NCBI GenBank assembly: GCA_048938005.1
Contig: JBHLMQ010000003.1
Location: forward strand, 64,001 to 128,000
Direction of reading: 5' to 3'
DNA: 64,000 bases
Origin: Promethearchaeota archaeon
GTDB taxonomy: Archaea > Asgardarchaeota > Lokiarchaeia > Sigyniarchaeales > SOKP01
The notes beneath the pieces were generated by a model. The model was given only the letters and a program-made list of their open reading frames with translations. It was not told where the DNA came from and did not search any database. Made by a program: the position numbers and the translations under genes. Below are positions 30,279 to 40,423 of this stretch, one piece after another (the first letter of the stretch is position 1; every line of letters starts with the position of its first letter).

Positions 30279-30668
30279 GTGAAAGAGATTTATTCTGAAA
30301 AAGTAATGGAACATTTTAGAAATCCCAGAAACATGGGAGAAATGAAAGATGCTGATTCAGTAGGAGAAGTTGGAAATCCTGTCTGTGGAGATTTAATGTA
30401 TATCTATATAAAAGTAAAAGAAAAAGATGGGCAAGATATTATTGATGATATTTCTTTTCAAACATTCGGGTGTGCTGCTGCTATAGCAACCTCATCAATG
30501 GTAACTGAATTAGCGAAGGGAAAAACACTAGATGAAGCTTTAGAGATTACTAGAGGAGATGTTGCTGATTCTTTAGATGGCCTCCCTCCCATAAAATTGC
30601 ACTGTTCTAATCTAGCAGCTGATGGATTACATGATGCTATTAAAAAGTATAGAGATAAAAAGAAATAA
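30279..30668 (+). CDS. iscU: Fe-S cluster scaffold IscU/NifU
   Basis: YSEKVMEHF.NPRN, GNPVCGD, FGCAAAIA, LPPIKLHCS. Confidence 0.95.
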   Translation: MKEIYSEKVMEHFRNPRNMGEMKDADSVGEVGNPVCGDLMYIYIKVKEKDGQDIIDDISFQTFGCAAAIATSSMVTELAKGKTLDEALEITRGDVADSLDGLPPIKLHCSNLAADGLHDAIKKYRDKKK

Positions 30669-30691
30669 TAAGATATTCTGATTTTAATTTT

Positions 30692-31558
30692 ATGCATTTT
30701 TCTAAACCTATAATTGAGATTATTCAAGAGCGAACGTCCCGGAGAACTTATTCTGGGCAACCTCTTCAGGAAGATAAAAGAGATAATGTGATAAATTTAT
30801 TAGAAAACCATGATTTAAATAGTCCATTTAGGAAATATGCTGGAAAAGCGAGATTTAAGCTTGTTAGTGTTCCAGAGTTTGATCCTAATGAAAGGAAAAA
30901 ATTAGGAACTTATGGATTAATTAAGGGAGCTCAAGATTTTGTTGTGGGGGCCGTTGAAAAGTCTCAATTTAATCTAGAACATTATGGTTATCTTATGGAA
31001 ACTATTATCTTAGCTGCTACAGATATGGGTTTGGGTACTTGTTGGTTAGGAGGTTTTTTCAATAAAAGTCTTTTTGCATCTAAAATTGACGCTACTTTGA
31101 ATGAAATTGTACCTGCTATTAGTCCTATTGGTTATCCTGTAAAAAGAACGCTTAAAGAAAAGATGATTCGATCATTTGCTAAAGCAGATAAAAGAAGTCT
31201 GTGGAATCAGCTGTTTTTTGAAGGGAATTTTAATGATCCTCTTACAGAGAAAAAGGCAGGAGATTATTCAAAATTACTTGAAATGATAAGAATAGGACCA
31301 TCTGCTGGAAATCACCAACCTTGGCGGATTGTTAGAGAAATCAATAAAAATATTTTTCATTTTTACATCATCAATCCCAAGGATGGACGATTCTTGCGTT
31401 ATAGCAGATTTAGACCTTTAGATATTGGAATAGCAGTTAGTCATTTTGATCTTACCGCAAAGGAATTAGGTATTAAAGGGAACTGGGTATTTGAAAACCC
31501 TGAAATTCCCGGAGCCGAGGTTTTAATATATAAGATTACTTGGAATGGGGATAACTAA
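30692..31558 (+). CDS. Nitroreductase-family protein (tandem domain)
   Basis: RTSRRTY, GLGTCWLG, PSAGNHQPW, DIGIA.SHF. Confidence 0.88.
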   Translation: MHFSKPIIEIIQERTSRRTYSGQPLQEDKRDNVINLLENHDLNSPFRKYAGKARFKLVSVPEFDPNERKKLGTYGLIKGAQDFVVGAVEKSQFNLEHYGYLMETIILAATDMGLGTCWLGGFFNKSLFASKIDATLNEIVPAISPIGYPVKRTLKEKMIRSFAKADKRSLWNQLFFEGNFNDPLTEKKAGDYSKLLEMIRIGPSAGNHQPWRIVREINKNIFHFYIINPKDGRFLRYSRFRPLDIGIAVSHFDLTAKELGIKGNWVFENPEIPGAEVLIYKITWNGDN

Positions 31559-31706
31559 AAATAAGTCTTTACACTAATTTATATTTTTTCTAAAATCAAC
31601 CCTCATAATAGGTTTTTAAATTATAATCGACACCTATAATTACAGAAAATAGTAATGAATCTTAAAGTAATATAAAATAAATTTTTTAAAGATTGGAGTT
31701 AAAGAA

Positions 31707-31940
31707 ATGATATTTAATATTTGGGATACATATTCCTTTGTTCCATTTCATTGGATTTTCATGTTAGCTGGTGGTATTATTTATTTTATAGTTAGCTTAT
31801 TTATTGCTAAATATATGCATAGAGATGCCTTAAAGCGAGGAATTAAAAATACTGAATTTTGGTTGGTAATCGGTTTTATCCTGAACGTAATCGGCTTATT
31901 GCTTTATATATTTGTTAGGAAAAATTACGAAGAAAGATAA
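31707..31940 (+). CDS. Small two-TM membrane protein
   Basis: YMHRDA.KRG...W......NVIGLLLY..VR; GGAG SD. Confidence 0.75.
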   Translation: MIFNIWDTYSFVPFHWIFMLAGGIIYFIVSLFIAKYMHRDALKRGIKNTEFWLVIGFILNVIGLLLYIFVRKNYEER

Positions 31941-32002
31941 TAAGACTCAATTCCTAAAGAAAAAAGCAAATAATAACTTCCTAACCCAAATTTTTTTCTT
32001 TT

Positions 32003-32449
32003 TTATTTTTGAGTTTTATATGCTTTTGCACAATGTTTGCAACAGAAATTGAACTCCTTCCCTTTAATTACTTCGCTATAATAATCATCGTATAGTTTAA
32101 CACCACAACTTGCACAGATTTTTAATTTTGATTGAATTGCAGCCTCAATTAGATTATTAAATCGCGAGAAAATACGATCAGTAAATTCCGATCCTTCAGG
32201 AGTTATTCTGAATCCTTGTGCTCTTTTTGATTTTGGTGTAGGGATATCCTTAATGTATCCTTCAGCTCTTAATTGCTTTAAAAAATCGTAAACATAAGTA
32301 GGACTAGCGATTGTGCCTAGGTCTTTTTCAAGTCGCTTTATTATAGAATATCCTGTAATTTTTTTTTCTGATTTTAATAACATTAGTATATAAAATCTGG
32401 TTAGACTTTGAATTTTAATTTCATGTTCCTCACCCATTCTTAAAATCAC
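32003..32449 (-). CDS. PadR-like regulator with C-terminal TRASH metal-binding domain
   Basis: TGYSI...VY..L..L..EGYI wHTH; CASCG...FCCKHC. Confidence 0.85.
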   Translation of the reverse strand: MILRMGEEHEIKIQSLTRFYILMLLKSEKKITGYSIIKRLEKDLGTIASPTYVYDFLKQLRAEGYIKDIPTPKSKRAQGFRITPEGSEFTDRIFSRFNNLIEAAIQSKLKICASCGVKLYDDYYSEVIKGKEFNFCCKHCAKAYKTQK

Positions 32450-32522
32450 CTCATCATTCTAATAAATAATGAATTAGTAAATTATAAAAATGTTGTATAT
32501 ATTTTATAATAAATATACTTAA

Positions 32523-32544
32523 ATATATACTATCCAGTATATAT
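32523..32544. promoter_or_regulatory. Inverted repeat in divergent promoter of copper locus
   Basis: ATATATACT-ATCC-AGTATATAT. Confidence 0.5.
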
Positions 32545-32622
32545 ATTAGATTTTAAAAATTAATTTAATTACTTAGAGTTGATTGAATTATATTTGATGA
32601 TGGATTTGATTTTGGGCATCAC

Positions 32623-32904
32623 ATGATGGATTGGGATCTTGGAAATTGGATCTTTATTATATTTGGAGCGGGAATAATTCTTTTGATAACAATTTTTTTA
32701 ATTTTTCTCTTAGTCTCAAAGTCTAACCATAAATCTTCTCAAAATACCATTCAAAAACAAGAACAAGGTAAAATTAATGAACATAAAATTTCGAGAGACC
32801 TAAGAGAATTTAAAAGCCAAAAAGCAAATTATTGTCATAGTTGTGGAAAAAAATTGGATAATAGTCCATCAACATATTGTCCATATTGCGGAGTGAAAAT
32901 TTAA
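32623..32904 (+). CDS. Single-TM zinc-ribbon protein
   Basis: N-terminal TM, CHSCG...CPYCG. Confidence 0.75.
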   Translation: MMDWDLGNWIFIIFGAGIILLITIFLIFLLVSKSNHKSSQNTIQKQEQGKINEHKISRDLREFKSQKANYCHSCGKKLDNSPSTYCPYCGVKI

Positions 32905-33068
32905 GTTATAAATAAAATGTGGAAACATCAACTTAAATAATTATAAAGATATTTTTTTAAAATCCATAATTGGGAAATCAAATTCCAAAATAAATTTACA
33001 AATTATAATCAAAACTTATAATTAAAATACGAAGTATAATTGATATGAGAATCTATTAGTGATTTTAT

Positions 33069-35966
33069 ATGAGTGAAACCAAAGAAAATGTAAATATAAA
33101 ACTTGGAGGAATGACATGTGCAAATTGTGCCCTAAAGATTGAAAATAAATTGAATAATCTTGAGGGCGTTAACAAAGCTGTAGTTAATTTTGCTAATGAA
33201 GAAGCGACCGTTGAATATAACCCAAATACTACTAATTTCAGTGATTTTAAAGAAGCAATTCGAGATCTTGGATATAAAGCGTCCTTAGCTAAAATTGATC
33301 TGAAAGTTCTTGATAAGCTTCCGGAAAATGAATTTGAAAATTTTATTAGTAGGATCAAAGAAATTAAAGGAATTTTTGAAATAAGAGGGAATTTTAAAGC
33401 ATCCAAAATGTTCATTGAATTCAATGAATCACTTATTGATGAAAATGGTGTTTATTCTAAAATTAAACAATTGGGATATAAAATTGAGAAGTCTGCCGGA
33501 GCTATGGATATGGAAATCATAAAACATAAGAAAGAAATGAGGTATCGATTACGCATTATGGTGGTTTCCCTTATGTTTTCTCTAATAATTACACCAATAA
33601 GTTGGTTTGTAGCAGATTCGTTTGAACGAAATTTACTCCTTTTCTTTTTAGCTGGAGCGAATTATTTCATTTCGGGATCATTTTTCTTGATAGGTGCGTA
33701 TAAATCCCTAAAAAATAAATCAACTAATATGGATGTATTAGTTGCCATAGGTACCACGACAGCATTTATCTATTCGATTTTAACGACTTTCTTAATCTCT
33801 GGGAAAACATTCTATGAAGCAATGAGTATGATTATCTCTTTCTTGTTGATTGGAAAATACCTTGAACATAGAACTAAAGGTCAGACATCTGAAGCTATTA
33901 AAAAATTGATTGGATTACAACCAAAATCCGCTACAATTTTAAAAGGTGGACAGGAAATTGAAATCCCTATCGAAGAAATTGAAGTAGGGGATGTGTTAAT
34001 TGTTAGACCAGGTGAAAAGATCCCTGTTGATGGGAGAATAATCGAAGGTAAATCGAAAGTTGATGAATCAATGATTACTGGTGAAAGTAAATATGTTAAA
34101 AAAGAAATTGATAGTGAAGTTATTGGTGCAACGGTTAATCAAACGGGTTTAATTCATATGAAAGCTGAAAAAATAGGAAAAGATACATTATTATTTCAAA
34201 TAATTGATTTTGTAAAGCAAGCTCAAAGCAGAAAAGCTGCTAAACAACAATTAGCTGATAAAGTAAGTAATTATTTTGTACCAATAGTGATAATTATCGC
34301 TATAAGCGCATTTATTTTTTGGTTTTTCGTTGGTCCGCAAATATACCCTGTACTTCAATCTACAAGACTAGAAACATCCTTACTTGTATTTACTTCCGTT
34401 GTAGTTATTGCATGTCCTTGTGCCTTAGGGCTTGCAATTCCAACAGCTGTAATGGTTGGTACAGGTAAAGGTGCTGAAAATGGTCTTTTAATTAAAGGTG
34501 GGGATTCTCTTGAATCAATCAATACTATAAACACTATTGTGTTTGATAAGACAGGAACTTTAACTGTTGGCAAACCAAAAGTTTCAGTTTTGTTTACTGA
34601 AAATGATTTATGGGGAAGCGGTTATGATGAAAATAAACTATTATTTTATGCTGGGAGTGCAGAAATGGGCTCCGAACATCCACTTGGTAGAGCCATTATT
34701 GAGGAAGCAAATCAAAGAGGTTTATCTCTTGAATCTCCAACCGATTTTGAAGCTATTCCAGGAAAAGGAATTAAAACTAATATTAATGGAAAGATAGTTG
34801 TAATCGGAAATGACAAATTGATGATGGATTATAATTTCTCAATTGAAGAATATAAAATTAAATTCAGTGAATTTCAGCAACAAGGGATAACTACTATTTT
34901 AATAAGTATTGATGATGCTATTAGGGGAATTATAGGGATTTCAGATAAAATTAAAGATCAAGCACCTTATGCTTTAGATAAATTAAGGGAAATTGGATTA
35001 GATATTTACATGCTAACTGGCGATACCCTGCAAACAGCATTAAGTATTGGAAGCCAACTAAAATTAGATGAACAGCATATTCTAGCAGAAGTTCTCCCTA
35101 ATGAGAAAGCTTTAACTATTCAAAAACTCCAAGAATCTGGGGATCATAAAATTGTTGGGATGGTGGGAGATGGAATAAACGATGCTCCTGCATTAGCTCA
35201 AGCAGATGTAGGGATTGCGATTGGATCTGGAACCGATGTGGCTATTGAGACAGCAGATATCGTACTTATGAGAGGAGATGTGAGAAATGTTGTATCCGCT
35301 ATTAATTTATCTAAGAAAACTTACAAAAAGATGATAACAAATTTATTCTGGGCATTTATATATAATATTATTGGAATTCCAATTGCTGCTGGAGTTTTAT
35401 ACAGTTTAGCAGGATTGTTCTTACCTCCATACTTAGCAGCAGTTTTTATGGCTACTAGTTCAGTTTCAGTAGTTACAAATGCCTTATTCTTAAAGAGATA
35501 TGAACCAAAAACACCTCAACAATTAGAAGAAGAACGATTGTTGATTTCTCAAGAGAAAGTTACCGATCCAGTATGTGGAATGAAAATTGATCCAAGACGC
35601 GCGATTGAATATGAATATGAAGGTAAAATTTATCATTTTTGTAGTTCAAACTGTGAAGCTCACTTTAAACGAGAACCTGAAAGATTTAAAAATTATGATG
35701 CAATGGATCCAAAATTAATGCAAATGAAGAATAATGATGAGGATAAAATAGAAGGAATTAATAATAAGAATATAATGAAAAAAGAGGAGGAAAAAAATAT
35801 GGGTAAATTAAAATGTGTGGAATGTGGACTAGAACAAGAACTTCCAATGCATTGTGGACAAGCAATGCATAAGGAAGGTGATCAATTAGTCTGTTGGATG
35901 GGAGCCAGTTGTGGAGCTCAACCAATCCCAGAACATCACGGAAAGCCTATGGATGTTATTGAATAA
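33069..35966 (+). CDS. copA: Cu+-translocating P1B-type ATPase with YHS and Cys/His tail
   Basis: [33 protein letters not shown], MxxSS, DPVCGM...FCS. Confidence 0.95.
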   Translation: MSETKENVNIKLGGMTCANCALKIENKLNNLEGVNKAVVNFANEEATVEYNPNTTNFSDFKEAIRDLGYKASLAKIDLKVLDKLPENEFENFISRIKEIKGIFEIRGNFKASKMFIEFNESLIDENGVYSKIKQLGYKIEKSAGAMDMEIIKHKKEMRYRLRIMVVSLMFSLIITPISWFVADSFERNLLLFFLAGANYFISGSFFLIGAYKSLKNKSTNMDVLVAIGTTTAFIYSILTTFLISGKTFYEAMSMIISFLLIGKYLEHRTKGQTSEAIKKLIGLQPKSATILKGGQEIEIPIEEIEVGDVLIVRPGEKIPVDGRIIEGKSKVDESMITGESKYVKKEIDSEVIGATVNQTGLIHMKAEKIGKDTLLFQIIDFVKQAQSRKAAKQQLADKVSNYFVPIVIIIAISAFIFWFFVGPQIYPVLQSTRLETSLLVFTSVVVIACPCALGLAIPTAVMVGTGKGAENGLLIKGGDSLESINTINTIVFDKTGTLTVGKPKVSVLFTENDLWGSGYDENKLLFYAGSAEMGSEHPLGRAIIEEANQRGLSLESPTDFEAIPGKGIKTNINGKIVVIGNDKLMMDYNFSIEEYKIKFSEFQQQGITTILISIDDAIRGIIGISDKIKDQAPYALDKLREIGLDIYMLTGDTLQTALSIGSQLKLDEQHILAEVLPNEKALTIQKLQESGDHKIVGMVGDGINDAPALAQADVGIAIGSGTDVAIETADIVLMRGDVRNVVSAINLSKKTYKKMITNLFWAFIYNIIGIPIAAGVLYSLAGLFLPPYLAAVFMATSSVSVVTNALFLKRYEPKTPQQLEEERLLISQEKVTDPVCGMKIDPRRAIEYEYEGKIYHFCSSNCEAHFKREPERFKNYDAMDPKLMQMKNNDEDKIEGINNKNIMKKEEEKNMGKLKCVECGLEQELPMHCGQAMHKEGDQLVCWMGASCGAQPIPEHHGKPMDVIE

Positions 35967-35985
35967 AGTAAAATAATGAATTATC

Positions 35986-36168
35986 ATGGAAAAATTGAAA
36001 TTAGTATGTTGTAAATGCGGGAATGTGATGGAGACACTTCCCAGTAGTAGCCAAGATATTATTATCGATGAAGAGACAGGTGAGATGCTATACTGGAATG
36101 GAAAAAAATGTGGATATAGGACAATAGATTGCCTTGTTTGTGAAAAATGTCAAGAAAAAGGTTGTTAA
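35986..36168 (+). CDS. Small Cys-rich putative metal-binding protein
   Basis: 60 aa, CCKC, C, CLVCEKC, C; follows copA by 19 bp. Confidence 0.65.
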   Translation: MEKLKLVCCKCGNVMETLPSSSQDIIIDEETGEMLYWNGKKCGYRTIDCLVCEKCQEKGC

Positions 36169-36267
36169 AACAGATTTTTTTTTAATTTTATAGTTTATAA
36201 AAAATAATATTTAAAATAATTCATACTTATTGAATTTTAAATAGATAATGAGCAAATTAGATGAATT

Positions 36268-37263
36268 ATGAGATATTATTCAAATATTTTAAAATTAATT
36301 GGCAAAACTCCTTTAGTTCGAATTAATGAGAGTAATCCAAATCCTAATGTGTTATTGTTAGCAAAGTTAGAGAAATATAATCCTGCTGGTTCAGTTAAAG
36401 ATAGAATTGCAATTACAATGATTGAAGAAGCTGAAAAAAAAGGTGAATTAACACCTGGAAAAATAGTGATAGAGCCCAGCAGTGGGAATACAGGTATTGG
36501 GCTTTCCTTAATTTGTGCTGTAAAAGGATATCCTTTAGAAATTGTCATGCCTGAAACGATGTCTGTAGAAAGACGTAAAATAATGACTGCTTATGGGGCA
36601 AAAATAACATTAACTCCTGGCGATAAAGGGATGGATGGTGCACAAGATTATGTAAAGGAGATAGTAGAACAAGATCCTGATAAATACTTTTTTCCTAATC
36701 AATTTGCCAATGAAAATAATCCTATAGCTCATTACAGGTATACTGCTGAAGAAATTATTGAAGATACTGATGGAAAACTAGATATATTTGTAGCTGGTCT
36801 TGGAACATCTGGAACTCTAATGGGTGTTTCGAGAAGATTAAAGGAATTCAATCCTAAAATAAAAATAATAGCTGTAGAACCAGATCCAGAAGAGCCTATC
36901 CAAGGATTAAAAAGCCTAAAAACATCTTATATACCTGAAATATACGATGAATCTCAAATAGATGAAAAGATATACGTAAAGATACAAGATGCCGAACATG
37001 CTTCCCGGATGCTCGCCTTGCAAGAAGGAATTTTTACAGGAATAAGTTCTGGTGCTGCAATGCATGTTGCTATTAACATAGCAAGCAAAATGAAATTTGG
37101 TACATTAGTTGTGTTATTACCCGATGGTGGAGAAAAATATATATCTCATCCTATTTTTGCTCCAGAGAAATGCCTAGAATGCACTAAGAAATGTAAAATA
37201 ACGACATTATGGGATGAAAAGTATATTGCATCCATTTCAGATTGGTGGGAAAAAAGTCAATAA
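36268..37263 (+). CDS. cysK: Cysteine synthase (O-acetylserine sulfhydrylase family)
   Basis: NPAGSVKDR, SSGNTG, GTSGT, GISSGA, PDGGEKY. Confidence 0.92.
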   Translation: MRYYSNILKLIGKTPLVRINESNPNPNVLLLAKLEKYNPAGSVKDRIAITMIEEAEKKGELTPGKIVIEPSSGNTGIGLSLICAVKGYPLEIVMPETMSVERRKIMTAYGAKITLTPGDKGMDGAQDYVKEIVEQDPDKYFFPNQFANENNPIAHYRYTAEEIIEDTDGKLDIFVAGLGTSGTLMGVSRRLKEFNPKIKIIAVEPDPEEPIQGLKSLKTSYIPEIYDESQIDEKIYVKIQDAEHASRMLALQEGIFTGISSGAAMHVAINIASKMKFGTLVVLLPDGGEKYISHPIFAPEKCLECTKKCKITTLWDEKYIASISDWWEKSQ

Positions 37264-37362
37264 ATTTTTCCTTCATTTTTCTTGATTATAATGTTTATGT
37301 GTTCTCAATAGTGGATCTTAAGATTTATAGATTTAAAGATTTTTTGAACTTCTTAAAGCTTA

Positions 37363-39819
37363 TTATTCTTCGAATACGCTCTTCCATCTATCTAACTGCT
37401 TTAATAATTTTTGTGTATTAGGAACACGATTTATTTGCTCAGCATACATTGGATAATGTTTATGCAATATATTCAATAGATTAATCCAAGTTTTTTGACT
37501 TTCTGTTTTATTAGGGATTTCCTTTTTTAATTGAAAGATGATTCTTTTTTCTTTTTTAGTTTTTAGGGCCGTTAAAAAGTTTTTAGTAACAAATATTCTA
37601 AAACTGGAATATTCCTCGGGTCTAAATGCTGCTAATGAATAAATTATGCTTTCATCAGCATATGGGAAAAATTTAATCTTTTTATCTTCAGGCTCATCTG
37701 GATTATCAATTAAGGCAAGTTCTATATCAACATTACCAATATCTTCTAAGATTAAGTAGAATTCACCAGGATTAATATTTAATTTTCGTTCAATTTGACT
37801 TGTAATCTCAGATATTGGAAAGTGAAAATCTTGTATTTTTTCAGGATTTTCAATTCGGTAAAGATATTCTTTTTTGATCACTTGTATAATTTGATCCTTT
37901 AATTCTTTAGAAAAATCTTCCGTTGTAAAAGAAATCTGTGTTTCTTTTAATTTCTGTCGAAATAATTCTTTATCTCTTTGTTTTTTATTGTAATCAATAC
38001 TAAGTGAAGACAAAAATCTATCTGTGGGTTGATCCATCTCCGTACTCTTAATTAATCTACTAGATTTACTATCCTTTTCCCTCGCTCTTTCGAATATCCT
38101 TTCACTTAGATATTTTCTAGCTTTCTTTTGAGCAACACCTTTTTTTTCAAAACGTTCAGTCACGGATACAAAATCAATCATTTTTACAGGTTTCTCCAGT
38201 TCTTTTTTTTCTTCCTTAATCAAAATGTCCATATCTTTCCTTGCTAATTTCTCAAGAAGTGCATAGACATTACCTTTTGATAATTGAGTTGCTTTAATCA
38301 ATTCTCGCTCAATTATTGCAATTGGAAAAGCTTCACCTCTTCTAATATATTCACTTCTTATAATTTTATATATCTTATCGATGCTTCTTTCCTCTTCATC
38401 AACAATTTCTTTTTGTAATCTCATAAACATTGAGGTTTCCCGAGGTTTAAGATAATAGACTAGCAATGTACTACCTAAGAAAAAAATCATGAGCACTGAA
38501 ACAATATACTTATCACCCATTAATACAACACCTATATCAGTTATAACTTGATTAGGTATTTGATTCGCAAGAGAAAAACGTGTTAATGTTTGAGCAAATA
38601 CACAAGCTAAACATAACAAAATCAAACCGTCTTTTTTAAAGAATAGTATGCGCCATCCTAAAGTTTTACCAGTTTTTCGAATAATACGATACAAAAAGTA
38701 CATAGATACAATAAACTCAAATATAAAAACGTAAGAAACAGCTGAACCTGTTGCGCCTATTGATGCTTTAAAAGCATTGATTGTAGGATCTTGAAGCAAC
38801 ATATAAATACTAATTTCCAAAATTTGAAAGAAAAAGATAAATAATACTATCAAAGAAAACGTAAAATTATCGAATGTTCCTGCTCTTTTAGTTTCAGCGC
38901 GTCTTCTAGTAAATACAAATTCAAAAATAATAAACATTAATGTCATTACTAAACTAAAATAGATCAGTGGCATAACTACACGCATTTCTAGATTATATAC
39001 TTTAACAGCGCTACTAGGATTAAATAAACTAAAAAAATCTAAAGATAACCATACTAAAAAACTCCTATAAAACAATGAAAGTATAACAAGAACGCCTAAA
39101 ATAAAAAAAGGAATAATAATTGCCAGCCCATATCGAGGAATTGAATACTTTTTTATGAATCTTGCTTCTATTTTTGTTGAAAATTTCCTTGAATAGATAT
39201 AGAACCGACTACTCAATAAAATTAACCAGATCATCGCTAATGTTAATAAGTAAGTCATAAAGTTAATATTGGTTGAGGCATATAAAAAAAGGGAGTATAA
39301 TAATGAAATAAGACCACAATATAATATGAATTGTTTAATAGCAGTTTTTTTTTCAAAAATAAAGATTCGCACTTTATCAATACTAAATAAAATGGATAAA
39401 ACCATAAAAAATGCTACAATTGTATTTGAAAACGCAAAAGGGTTGCCAAACATTAAAATGTTAATCCAATTGCTTCCTGGAAGGTTAATTGCTATAATTA
39501 AAATTAGAGAATAAACTATAAATATTCCATATAATCCATAAAACTTTTTTTCAAAAGAATATGACGGTGGTACTTGACCGTCTACATACACCTCCTGATG
39601 GATGATTTTATTGTAAAAACCAGTTTTGATTTTGGATTTAAAAGCGCTCACCTTCGCCCTTTGTCTTGAAGAAAGATGTTTAACCTTATTCTTAACCCCT
39701 ATTCTTCTGAGTTTTGAAGTTTTTGATAATTTTAATTTCTTTAATTTCTCTTGTTTTTTTTTGGTCTCTTGTTCAGAACCATTTGACTTTTTTGAAGAAT
39801 TAGATTGCTTACCAGACAT
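37363..39819 (-). CDS. Polytopic membrane protein with basic N-terminus and large soluble C-terminus
   Basis: About 10-11 hydrophobic segments, then about 360 aa soluble region. Confidence 0.85.
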   Translation of the reverse strand: MSGKQSNSSKKSNGSEQETKKKQEKLKKLKLSKTSKLRRIGVKNKVKHLSSRQRAKVSAFKSKIKTGFYNKIIHQEVYVDGQVPPSYSFEKKFYGLYGIFIVYSLILIIAINLPGSNWINILMFGNPFAFSNTIVAFFMVLSILFSIDKVRIFIFEKKTAIKQFILYCGLISLLYSLFLYASTNINFMTYLLTLAMIWLILLSSRFYIYSRKFSTKIEARFIKKYSIPRYGLAIIIPFFILGVLVILSLFYRSFLVWLSLDFFSLFNPSSAVKVYNLEMRVVMPLIYFSLVMTLMFIIFEFVFTRRRAETKRAGTFDNFTFSLIVLFIFFFQILEISIYMLLQDPTINAFKASIGATGSAVSYVFIFEFIVSMYFLYRIIRKTGKTLGWRILFFKKDGLILLCLACVFAQTLTRFSLANQIPNQVITDIGVVLMGDKYIVSVLMIFFLGSTLLVYYLKPRETSMFMRLQKEIVDEEERSIDKIYKIIRSEYIRRGEAFPIAIIERELIKATQLSKGNVYALLEKLARKDMDILIKEEKKELEKPVKMIDFVSVTERFEKKGVAQKKARKYLSERIFERAREKDSKSSRLIKSTEMDQPTDRFLSSLSIDYNKKQRDKELFRQKLKETQISFTTEDFSKELKDQIIQVIKKEYLYRIENPEKIQDFHFPISEITSQIERKLNINPGEFYLILEDIGNVDIELALIDNPDEPEDKKIKFFPYADESIIYSLAAFRPEEYSSFRIFVTKNFLTALKTKKEKRIIFQLKKEIPNKTESQKTWINLLNILHKHYPMYAEQINRVPNTQKLLKQLDRWKSVFEE

Positions 39820-40136
39820 TTTTAAAATAAAAATGTTGTTATTATTATATCTTGTATATGAGAACTTTTAAAATTTCATAATACAAGAGGTTATAAATAT
39901 TACATTAATTGAACTAAGATTCATCTGTCTATTTTATAGGATTGAAAAAAAATAACAAGTCCCGATATCTATTGTTTTAGAAGCACAAGTTATTTTTCAA
40001 ATATATCAGATTGTAAATTTTGAGTGTGAATAGACTTATAAAAAGGTATCAAGTAATAATTTAAATTCTTGATGTAAATTTTAAAAATATTCGAATATAA
40101 CTTTAAATATAGTCATTTCATTTTCTTATCTTAGAT

Positions 40137-40415
40137 ATGCAAAAAAATAAAGTAGAAAACCGAGAAAAACTTATTCAATTAGTTAAAAGAGGTATTGAAC
40201 TACTCTGTGAAAAAAATATCTCAAGTGTAGTTATTCTCTCTTCTTATAAAATTAATTCGGTTTTGAAAGAGTATTATGGTATCAATTTGAAGGTTGACAA
40301 AATAGGTAGAATATTAAGTACAGTAGCGAAATTAAATGAATTAAAAAGATTAAATACAAATATTCCTAAATATAAATTACACATTTCGAGAGTTTCTAGT
40401 CTACAATTCTTTTGA
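40137..40415 (+). CDS. Small basic hypothetical protein (possible winged helix)
   Basis: 92 aa, KIGRILS..A...L...PKYKL. Confidence 0.6.
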   Translation: MQKNKVENREKLIQLVKRGIELLCEKNISSVVILSSYKINSVLKEYYGINLKVDKIGRILSTVAKLNELKRLNTNIPKYKLHISRVSSLQFF

Positions 40416-40423
40416 TTTCTCGT

